Origin: Octopus sinensis
Lineage: Eukaryota
Assembly: GCF_006345805.1 (NCBI RefSeq)
Contig: NC_043010.1
Span: forward strand, 67,766,001 to 67,830,000
DNA length: 64,000 nucleotides
Reading direction: 5' to 3'
Part shown: positions 50,701 to 61,016 of the stretch, one piece after another
Numbering within the stretch: the first letter of the stretch is position 1
Layout of the letters: every line of letters begins with the position of its first letter
Notes under the pieces: generated by a model
Database searches by the model: none
The model's input: only the letters and a program-made list of their open reading frames with translations
What the model was told of the DNA's origin: nothing
Made by a program: the position numbers and the translations under genes

Positions 50701-51364
50701 ATATTTGAATTCTTTAAGCAGTGCGGCCCACCTGACGATGAGCCACGTCTCATGCGGCCCGCTTTTCCAAAAAAGGTTGCCTACTATCAAATGAATCGCT
50801 TCTTTTTAAAAGATAGCTGTATGTAATCTGAGGGATATATTGCTGTTATTTCTAACTCAGAAGCGGTCACATAAAAGCTAATCTTATCGCTATGTAATAG
50901 AGCTGGTGTTTAGCCCAAGGCCTGACTCAGCAGTTCTCTCTTATCGAAAGCATTCTGACCGTGACCACTCCGTCCGTTTTCTCGCAGTGTCCTTTCAGTA
51001 TTTAAGACGGTAAGGTGTCTTTTGAAGGATATTTAGCTGCCTTTTTTTTTCTTTAGCCAGCCAAACGACCATAGAGAGATTCCAAGTTGAACAAAGCATA
51101 ATAAAGATTGTAAATTTTTATATTAAAATAATGGCATTCTTTCGTTTAAACCCGCAGAATGCCAAAATAATCGTGTCCTAGCAGTATCATAACAATTACC
51201 TGGTCGTAATTTCCTTTCACAAAACAAAAGCAAAGATTAAGTTAGCTTTAAGTTGTAATTACATACAGAAATAGATTAAAGTTTGTATATTTATAATATT
51301 TAATACCACAGTCTTGGTTTCAAACACGGCAGGTAAGTACACCGTAACACCAATTGCCATAAAC

Positions 51365-51407
<43 letters not shown>

Positions 51408-52230
51408 GAAAATACAAGGAGCAATTTACTGGGGTAAACAACCCTTTGAAAAAATAAATAAAATATATATGTTGGTAGAAAGCCTGTCATGTTTACAGAA
51501 GGTGTGGGTTCGTGTCCCACGGGTAGCCTTCGATTTTTTTCCCCTATCCAAAGGGTTCTGAAACCCACATTTACACGCTATTATTTATAGCTGTATTTGC
51601 TTCGAGATTCACCGTTTATATATATATTTATATATTAGTAAAATACATAAGGAGGATATGGCAGGAATTTCCCGCCTGCTCTTTTACAGCCAAACATCTC
51701 ATGGAGGTGTGGTCAAGCCATACCAAACAATGACCAGTCTGTTCGTGTGCACGTCTCATGTATTATGTAAGAATAACTGTGCACTTTAGATACAATATGT
51801 ATTCGTTCTGAAGGGTGAAGATAATGATTAAAAGAACAAAACAAGTCTTAACATTTTTTATCCTATGTGTGTGTGTTGGTCACGACTTGTTTACAACCGA
51901 ATACTTGATGAAATCGCATATCCGTCTATGTATAGATATACATGTTATATACACAGGCATAATTTTAGTAATGTGCTAGTGTCATCTCAAAAATAAGTTT
52001 TATGTATGTTATGCAGTTTTATATAAAGCAGTTGAACGTTGGAATTAAAGAGTCTCTCAATACCAAATTAATTTTTACAAGAAAAAGGTTAAGTTTATAT
52101 ATATGTATACATATATAGAGAGAGGTTAAATCTAATTACACACGTTTACTGTTTGACTCGTTAAAAAGATTACTCGATACCATAGTATAAAGATTAACAA
52201 GATTAATGAGAGATTTTATTTTGGTCATAA

Positions 52231-52280
52231 CTTGCCTGAAGAAGCTGTGAGCACTCACAAGCGAAACTCGGAGTAGCAAG
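52231..52280 (+). ncRNA. Compact type I hammerhead ribozyme motif
   Basis: CUUGC-CUGAAGA-A-GCUGUGAG CAC UCACAAGC-GAAA-CUC G GA-GUA|GCAAG. Perfect 5-bp stem I, near-palindromic stem III, one extra A after A9. Confidence 0.75.
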
Positions 52281-52421
52281 AGGCTGACTTGATGAAAATT
52301 ACATACATATATTCAAAATAAGCAACAGAATCAGTCTTATAATGTAAACACTATCAGTAATAGAATACAAACGTAAATGTTATTTAAACGCCAGGATTTT
52401 TAGAATGTGTGTGTGCGCGTG

Positions 52422-52463
<42 letters not shown>

Positions 52464-52759
52464 AGAAAAAAATCTATCAGAAAGGAACTCTATCTCTCTT
52501 AAAAATATATCTTTTGATAAGCATAACAAATGCGCAACCGGTAAAAAGAACTTTCACCTAATTAAATACACTCTCCCTTGCTTAAATTATTTTGTCAGCA
52601 TTTTCTTCATTTCCTTTTTATATATATATATATGTGTGTGTGCGTGTGTATAGGGAGAATTCACAAAGAAAAAGAACAAAAGACGAAGACAGGTGGTGTA
52701 GAAAACAAACAAATGTATTAGTATAACGCTCGGGAATTGAAAAAAGTCTTTAACGTTAT

Positions 52760-52798
<39 letters not shown>

Positions 52799-53265
52799 AA
52801 TATATATATCAAAAAGGTATGTGTTTGTAAATAATGATATAGAAAAAATAAAATAAAGTAACGACATAATTCAGTTGCAAGGACCTACAAGTGAGTTTAA
52901 AATGGGAACTTTCAAAAGTGAAAGTAAGAAGAAACTAGCATTGAAGTAATAATCTTCCATGTTTTTGTGTAAAATAGGATTAGAATAATTTTTAAAACCA
53001 TAAGCCAACCCATATTGTAAACATGAGTAAAGAAAAAAAATACATTTACAACATCACGACGTATTCACGAAAGCTTCCACGAATATAAAAATTAAACTAA
53101 ATGACAGAATAAAATAATAATAATAATATACAGAATGGGAAAGGTGTATGAAAACATGTTGAAGGGACATTGGCAAGAAGTGCGGATACGAGACATGCAC
53201 AGAGAGAGAGAGAAGGTTTCCCATTAATGTGTGTGTCTCTGAGATAAATATAACAACAAACTTAC

Positions 53266-53384
53266 TTGTCTGAAGGGGAAACCTCGCTGCACACGACAAA
53301 GAACAAGAGGAAAGCACCAAGTAGATACCATCGATCCAATGTATACAACAGACTTCGAGATACACGTGAGGCTACTGCAGCCAT
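53266..53384 (-). CDS. Exon 1 of tandem three-finger (Ly6/uPAR-like) type I membrane protein; signal peptide
   Basis: ATG in gcggcaaaATGG context. Encodes MAAVASRVSRSLLYTLDRWYLLGAFLLFFVVCSEVSPSD + AA. Donor gtaagt at 53265-53260, phase 2, matching the phase-2 acceptor of exon 2. Confidence 0.85.
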
Positions 53385-53600
53385 TTTGCCGCACTGTTTT
53401 GGATTTGCTACAATGAAAAACCTTCATCGGGTTTTCATCGCCGGAACGAAACAATATTTACATGACCTCGAACTTTGGTGTCACAGTTTCGCTTATTTCC
53501 TCTTTCTATTCATCGAGCTGAGCCGAAAGACAAATAATGTGTGTCTGTGTGTGTATGAATCTATGTAAATTATTCGTAGGCACGCATGATATAACAGCTT
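53385..53600 (-). promoter_or_regulatory. Probable 5' UTR / promoter of the three-finger membrane protein gene
   Basis: Repeat-free, CpG-containing stretch directly upstream of the ATG. TSS cannot be determined from sequence. Confidence 0.45.
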
Positions 53601-53714
53601 ATGCTAGTGAAGACAGTTGCTTCGTTAAACTGTCGACTAGAGAACACGTATTTTAACGGGTTTCGAAATACTTATATATGTATATATATATTATATGTAT
53701 GTACATTTCTTCAT

Positions 53715-54090
53715 ATTTACTTGTTTCAGTCATTAGACTACAGCTATGATTGGGGCCCGTTTTCAAGGGTTTAATCCAACAAATGGACCCCAATACTTAT
53801 TTCTTGTGCGTGCGTGTAATAATCCTGATACTTATTCTATGGGTCTCATTTTGCCGAAGTGATAGAATATTGGAAAGTAAACAAACTAACACCGGTTACC
53901 AATCAGTGGCGGGGGGGGGGACAAATTCAAAAACACACATAGATATATGCATATGCGTGAGTGAGTGAGAGAGAGAGAGAGCTTCTGTTTACGAAATTTA
54001 CTCAACAGGCTTTGGTCAGCCAGGAGATCTTGTAGAAAACTGAGCCCGGAACCCTGTGGCTGGGAGGTAAACTTGTCACCACAGGGCGCC
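53715..54090 (-). mobile_element. SINE family A, old
   Basis: Diverged family A motifs in reverse. Confidence 0.65.
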
Positions 54091-54686
54091 CCTCTCGGGA
54101 AAATTACCTATCAGGTAGGTGTGTGTTTGTGTGCGCGTAAATATTTATCGTGTTGGCTTTCTGCACCTGCACTGGACTGCAGATATGCAACTGGCTTTAG
54201 CCAATTATCTGGCCACAAGTTATCCTGTTATAATCAATCATATGGTCGCTAGTAATCCTATTGTTAAGACTAATTGATAGACCGGTCGAACTTACATATT
54301 GTCGCTATTGTTAAGAGTTTTCCCCCTTTAGTAACATATTCTAAAAGAATTCGCACGAATTTACATATATCTTTCCCAGACGAATACATATATGTCTTTT
54401 GATTGTTTCATTCATTAGACTGTGTCCATACTGGGGCACTACCTTGAAGAACCTTTAGTTGAATGAATTGACTCCAGTACTTTTTTTTAACCTGGTGTGC
54501 GTAAATATCTATCGGACCGTTTTGTCGCACTGCTAGTCTACGTAGACGTAAACACGCCAACACCGGTGATATGGGGACAAACACTCACACACACACACTT
54601 TGTTGGTGGATCATATATATATCCGAAAAAGAAGCACGCTCTAACGGTTAGAGCAGTAATGTATTTACATGTAGTCAAATATATGT

Positions 54687-54761
54687 CCGGTGATAGAGTG
54701 ACCAGTGGTTTCGCATCCATAAAGCGGTTAGACTTATAGATGACTCGTCAGACTCCAGCGG
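54687..54761 (-). ncRNA. Type I hammerhead ribozyme motif, canonical core
   Basis: Minus strand GGAGU-CUGACGA-G(U)CAUCUAUAAG..CUUUAUGGAUGC-GAAA-CCA C UG-GUC|ACUCU. Stems I, II and III all pair; predicted cleavage after 54700. Confidence 0.8.
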
Positions 54762-54850
54762 TAACAGCTACAACTCTAGGCCCCAAACCAACAGAACACA
54801 ACCAGCACTCAAGTTCAGAGATACATCAGGTCAGCTGGAACTGCCTTTAA

Positions 54851-55830
54851 CCTTCTGTCTACCAATGTGTCCAGTGGACCCATTTCAGATTTTTTCAACT
54901 GCTCATTTCTACTGTTTATATTATTTGATTCAGCTTATTTCTCATGACTCATATTTGTCAAATGGGAAATTTTCCGTATATTTATAAGAGCTAGAAAATT
55001 TCACTTTATACATCAATTACTGTATGGGTCCATTAGACCCTTGACTTAAATTCTGATAATACTCTTGTCATTAACAGAATAAAAGCAGTGTCAAATATTA
55101 TTTTCCTAGATATTTATCAGATAAAATGGCTAAAATTGTATTCAATTCATTTGCTGAATTTTGGATAAGATAGGAAAAATTATGAAAACATTCCTGTAAA
55201 TTTGTGTGGTATTGCATTGCCTTCAATCAGCTAGGTTGTAGGGTGATGCAATATATATATATATGATGACACAATTCTTACAATATATTGTAGTCTTTCA
55301 GGAGAGTATTAATTTGTGAGAGAGCAATATCTCTCTTTAGTCTGCTATCAAGTTTCAATTGAGTTTTCCAATATGCCTAGACATGAAAACTTGAGAAAAG
55401 ACCAAATATCGCAAAGGTTATTGGAATTAGATGAAGAATGGGAAGAAGATGGTAGTGATTCCTTCTATTGCTATGAAGACGATGGTGAAAGTGATTGTGT
55501 GCTGGACAGTTTAGGTTCTGTGTCATCAGATGAGGAAGATACTGAAAACCAATTATCTGCAAGCCACCCAATTATGAATGAGCAATATGTTTCTAGAGAC
55601 AGACAAGAAGTTTGGCATTCTAATCCTCTTACTCAAGCAACAGTAAGAACTTTATCTTGCAATACTGTGCACCATCCTGTTTTGCTAAAAGGTCTTGTGA
55701 TAGCATTGACAAATGTTTTACTATCTTTATGCACCAGAATCTTGAAGTAATTCGTAAATGGACAAATGTTGAAAGTCAGGTTGTTTACATGTGTGGCATC
55801 ATAAGGATGAAGGAACTTCATACAAAATTA
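54851..55830 (+). mobile_element. piggyBac transposon 5' remnant
   Basis: TTAA at 54847-54850, then ccttctgtctacc. Acidic N-terminus (MPRHENLRKDQISQRLLELDEEWEEDGSDS..SRDRQEVWHSNP), then frameshifted FAKRSCDSIDKCFTIFM..VIRKWTNVES, typical of piggyBac/PGBD N-terminal domains. Confidence 0.8.
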
Positions 55831-56329
55831 AATGGAGGATCATAGATTGGTCAGGGTCCTATATAAACAGGAGCAGATAATGCAAGGCTTGCATAGCAGA
55901 ACGAACAAGGATCCATAAAGATTCGCTGGATCTGAAAGGTCTCTTAAACTCAAGACACAAGATCTGTAGTCCCTGCCCCATTTCAAATGCTACCTGCTGC
56001 AGGCATGGGATTCCCCCATTCATTGATTAGGGCTAAAAATTATTTGCAGACTGTAACCAGCCTAAGGGCAGAGATACCCTGTTTGCCCTTTATGTCCATA
56101 AAATTTGCCAACTGGAACAGTGTAAGGGTCCTATTTCTTTTGATCATGTTGTCTTACTGATTGTCATTTCTTAGACTGGACACAGGCAACCTTTACCAAG
56201 AAATGGGTTGCATGAGGCATGGCTTATCATCTGGTTGGCCAAGCAACTAGAACAAAAAGCGAAGGTAATTTTACATTAGATGTGTAATTCTGAACCTTCT
56301 GCAAGCTGCTATAAGCACAAGGCCCGGGT

Positions 56330-57075
56330 ATACTTGATTACAGCGACCTCAGTACTCAACTGGTACATATTCTATCAACCCTGAAAAGACGAAAGGCAAA
56401 GTCAACCTTGGCAGAATTTGAACTCAGAACGTAAGATGGATGAAATTTCAACAAGCATTTTGTTCGGTGCTGTAACAATTCAGCCAGCTTGCCACCCTGA
56501 TTGTCTTAGATATGATATTCTTTTCTACTCTAGGCACAAGGCCTGAAATTTTGGGGGAGGGGGCCAATTGATTAAATCAACTCCAGTATGCAACAGGTAC
56601 TTAATTTATCGACTCTGAAAGGATGAAAGGGAAAGTTAACCTTGGTGGAATTTGAACTTTAATGTAAAGACAAACAAAATACCTATTTCTTTATTGCCCA
56701 CAAGGGGCTAAACCAGAGAGGACAAACAAACAGATTAAGTTGATTATATCGACCCCAGTGTGTAACTGGTACTTTTTTAATCGACCCCGAAAGGATGAAA
56801 GGCAAAGTTGACCTTGGTGGAATTTGAACTCAGAATGTAGCGGCAGACGAAATACCGCTAAGTATTTTGCCCGGTGAGCTAACGTTTCTGCCAGCTCACC
56901 GACGTCCACACATGTGTATTCTTTTCTACTCTAGGCCGAAGGTCCAAAATTTTGAGTAAGGGGGCCACTCGATTACATCGACCTCGGTGAAATTTGAACT
57001 CAGAACATAAAGACAGATGAAATACCGCTGAGTATTTCGCCCGGTGTGCTAATGTTTCTGCCAGCTTGCCGCCTT
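56330..57075 (-). repeat. Cluster of family B-related SINEs
   Basis: About four B-type units in reverse orientation. Confidence 0.8.
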
Positions 57076-57586
57076 TGTCTTAGATATTATTAAGCTCATA
57101 TTGATGAAGACGTGTGGCTAAGTAGTTTGGGTATTCAGCCTAAGAATTCCTGCCAGTGAGTGGTGTTCTTTATTTCATGTTGCTCCAGTCCACCCAGCTG
57201 ATAAAAATGAGTTGTACCTGCATTACAAAGGGCCAACCTGGTCAAATTCTATATCACACTGAATATCTGAAAGCTACATTAAGGGTACGTGTGTTGATGG
57301 AATGCTGAGATCAGCCAGAACCTTTGTCGTCCTAACTGATGGAATGCCAGTAGTATCTGTTCCAACCTTTTACATTCAGGACTCAATTCCGTACATGTTG
57401 AGCTTGTTGTTGCTGTGAATGTGCATGCTTAACGATTAGGGTATTTGGATCACTGAATCTCCACAAGAACTCTATTAGGGGTACACATGTCTGTGGAGTG
57501 CTCAGCCACTTGCATATTAATTTCATGAACAGACTTTACCACTGAGTGAATGAACAAGAATAATTGTTGTCATAACTGATAGAATG

Positions 57587-57889
57587 TGGAGGCACAATGG
57601 CCCAGTGGTTAGGGCAGCGGACTCGTGATTGTAGGATCGTGGTTTCGATTCCCAGACTAGGAGTTGTGAACATTTGTTGAGTGGAAACATCTAAAGCTCC
57701 ATGAGGCTCTGGCAGGGGGTGGTGGCGATCCCTGTTGTACTCTTCTGCCCCAACTTTCTCTCACTCTCTCTTCCTATTTCTTGAGTAACGCTGCGATGGA
57801 CTGGCGTCCCGTCAAGCCAGTGGGAACACATACGCCATAGAAACTGGGCCCATGAGCCTGGCTAGGCTTGAAAAGGGTGCAAAATAAAT
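57587..57889 (+). mobile_element. SINE family D with TSD
   Basis: 15-bp TSD ataactgatagaatg (57572-57586, 57890-57904). Confidence 0.88.
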
Positions 57890-57944
57890 ATAACTGATAG
57901 AATGCCATGGTATCAAAGAGTATCCAGACTAATTATGTTTGATA

Positions 57945-58715
57945 AAATAGAACTTATTTACCTGTTTTAAAATAGTCACTTTGGGCAACAATGCACCAAT
58001 CCTAATATTCCTGCCACTTTTGGAATCTGGCTTGGAAGTCATTTCTGTAAGTGAACACAACGGTATTAAAATGATGACCTTTCAGCTGCATTTTCATCTT
58101 GGGGAAGAGATGGAAGTCTACAGGTGCTAAATCTGGTGAATGAGGGGGATGTGTGCAGAAGCAATACCATGTTAACCACTACACCATATGCCGATGGGCA
58201 TATAGCATAGTGGTTAAGAGTGCTGGCTACTAAGCCCGAGATTCTGAGTCAGATTCCAAGCAGTGACCTGAACGATGATAATAATAATAATAATAACAAT
58301 ATCGAAAAATACCTTAGGAATGAGAACCCAGGTTCGAAATTTCCCCAAGACACCTGATGATGGCTGGAGGGTATATCAGCCGAAACATTGTGTTAACAAC
58401 AAACAAGAGGAGGACAAATATCCGTCAAATGTAAATAATGTAAGTAAGGGTGCATTGTTGTCATGAAGAATCCAATTCTTCGCGTTCCACCGGTCTAGTC
58501 GCTCTTGCCAAATGTCCTTCTTCATTCACGTCAAAACATCACAGTAGAACTCTCAATTGATGATCTGGCTCTAGGGGAAGAATTGTCGATGCACGGTACC
58601 ACATTTCCAGAGGTGACGCTCATAGCAAGTCTTCCGCATTTGAGGCACCAGTGCCCCTCAAAACATTGACATACAACCCATTGCCTCATCGCCATAAGCA
58701 TACTTAATGCCACTG
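57945..58715 (-). mobile_element. Internally deleted mariner transposase remnant, interrupted at about 58172-58443
   Basis: AYGDEAMG..CFEGH (HTH region), EFYCDVLT..KNWILHDNNAP and HPPHSPDLAPVDFHLFPKMK (the mariner YSPDLAP motif). Confidence 0.85.
58197..58443 (+). mobile_element. tRNA-headed SINE-like element carrying a minimal hammerhead motif
   Basis: A-box-like TAGCATAGTGG and a degenerate B-box (GAGTCAGATTCC), then (AAT)n, then GACAC-CTGATGA-T-GGCTG..CAGCC-GAAACATT-GTGTT (58349-58394). Interrupts a mariner remnant. Confidence 0.65.
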
Positions 58716-58721
58716 TAGCAG

Positions 58722-59140
58722 AAAATATAGAGATCTGCTTATCGAAATCAAAAAGATGTGCCATCTCAAGATGGTTACAATACCAGTGATTGTAGGAGCA
58801 CTTAGAATGATCAAAAAAAGGAACTGAAAATTATTTGAGAATGATCCCAGGTTTACAATCCATGCAGGAAGTGCAACAGATTGTCTTAACTGGGACGACA
58901 CACATACAGAGAAGAGCAGTGTCACTGTAAATTTTCTTTCTTTTCTATTTTTTTCCCCTTTTTCTGTCTTTCTTCCTCTTTTTCTCTATCACATGGCTTT
59001 GTAAATGAACAATCTGGTGTGTTTATTTTAATGGCTTACCAATGTATACAGGGCATTTCTCTGCCCTAGGTGTCAGGAAGACACTCAGCAAGAAATGGCA
59101 ACAATTAAAAGAAGATAATGAAAATAATAATAACAATAAT
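58722..59140 (+). mobile_element. 3' end of an R4/Dong-like (restriction-like endonuclease) non-LTR retrotransposon
   Basis: KYRDLLIEIKKMCHLKMVTIPVIVGAL.MIKK/GTENYLRMIPG..VQQIVLTGTTHIQRR, then a 3' UTR and (AAT)n. Confidence 0.75.
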
Positions 59141-59357
59141 AGGTTCAAATTTGGCACAAGGCCAGCAATTTCTTTGCAGGGATAAGTCGATTGCATCAAC
59201 CCCAGCGCTCAACTGGTACTTATTTTATCGAGTCCAAAAGGATGAAAGGCAAAGTTGACCTCGGAGAAACTTGAACTTGGAACAAAGACAGATGAAATGC
59301 CACTAAGCATTTTGCCCAACTTGCTAAAAATTCTGCCAGCTCTCCTTCCTAATAATA

Positions 59358-59713
59358 AACAAGAGCACTCAGAAAGCACAAACCTCCGCCAAGGCAACTC
59401 CAACGTCCCTTCAATGATTTTTAAACTGAGAATATCAGAAATAAACTCGACTGCTCTCACAAACAAGAATACTGAAAATGAATCCAATCGCTCTCAAAAA
59501 TTAAGTGAAAAAAAAGAAACAGGAAAAATAATCCAGAAGCCTTGTCCGGTACCGGAACGATCCCAAAACCTAATGAGTTTGTGCCAGTCATGAGGCCAAA
59601 CATCCCTGAAAGTTTCATTCAAATCCACCCAGCAGTTCTTGAGATATCTTGTCCATGGACAAAAAAATACAACTGAAAATAATACCTCTGCCTTCGTTAA
59701 GGTGGAGTTAATA
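59358..59713 (+). mobile_element. Helentron-associated (HINE-like) non-autonomous element
   Basis: 5' subterminal acctccgccaagg (59382-59394) and 3' hairpin acctctgcctt-cgtt-aaggtggagtt; sits in (AAT)n without a TSD. Confidence 0.7.
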
Positions 59714-60469
59714 ATAATAACAACAAGAGCAATAATGATGACTGTTTTTTTTTTTTTAATTAAATGAGAAAACTTTTTACAAAAGTTTTTTTTTTTTTTG
59801 TCTTTTTCATAGATCTGATTGACCTTGAAACATACCTTCTTAATTATAATACATGTAATATTTTAACACATGCTTCACTCCTCTAACAAACACACACACA
59901 CACAATTTCTTTTTTTTTTTTTTTTGACTAGGCACAAAAAAAAAGGCCCTATTATTTTATGGAAAGAATAAAAAATAAATAAATATAGAGGGCAGGTGTG
60001 GAGGGGGGGGGGGGCAGGGAAAAATTTTGTTGCAGGCATTTTTATATTGTCTCTTGTTCCTAAACGCATTTTGACAAATGCAAAAAGAAGACAAGCGAAT
60101 TGGTCAGATGCAGCAGGAAAGTGAAAGTAGACTGCCGAGCTGTCTTCCTGGAAGCTTAACAGCCCCACCCCCCACCCCCACCCAACCTCCACCAGCTCTG
60201 ATGTTTGTGTCAGGAAAAAAAAAAAAAAAAAAAAAGAAAAAATTAGGGAAGATGATAATAGTGATGATGATGATGATGATGATGATGATGTTCATCCATC
60301 TCCTTTTCCTCCTTAACCATCATCACCATCATCATTATCATCGTCAAAGGGGTTAACAGCATGAAAACAGCTCTTGCTATTTTTTTACTTTTACAGGTTC
60401 TGGTTTGTGTTTTCTTCCAACTGATTTGTTCTGAGTTCAAATCCCACGACATACATACATACATATATC

Positions 60470-60779
60470 ACGTGATCACGTGACCACCGACCAGACCCTC
60501 AGATGTTGTTACACATCGCTGGTCACAATGCGTTCGCATGGTTTTAGCCTTCGAATGACGCCACCCCGCTGGCTAAGCGAGCAGGCCAACAGAAGAAAGA
60601 GTGAGAGAAAGAGTGGTGAAAGAGTACAGCAGGGATCGCCACCACCCCCTGCCGGAGCCTCGTGGAGCTTTTAGGTGTTTTCGCTCAATAAACACTCAGA
60701 ATGCCCGGTCTGGGAATCGAAACCGCGAACCTGCGACCGCGAGTCCGCTACCCTAACCACTAGGCCATTGCGCCTCCAC
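60470..60779 (-). mobile_element. tRNA-derived SINE, family D-related
   Basis: Head gtggaggcgcaatggcctagtggttagggtagcggactcgcggtcgc..gtttcgattccc. Confidence 0.85.
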
Positions 60780-60789
60780 ACACACACAC

Positions 60790-60877
<88 letters not shown>

Positions 60878-60889
60878 TATATATATACT

Positions 60890-61016
60890 CAAAATAAGCA
60901 ACAAGAATGACTCCGGCAATTTGGCACAATTGTTTCGCACTACATCATTTTATTAAATGTTAAATGTTTTGTACAATTGTACCAAATTACCAGAGTCATT
61001 CTTGTTGCTTATTTTG
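60890..61016. mobile_element. Fold-back element with 44-bp arms, next to a long (TA)n
   Basis: caaaataagcaacaagaatgactccggcaatttggcacaattgt / acaattgtaccaaattaccagagtcattcttgttgcttattttg. Confidence 0.85.
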
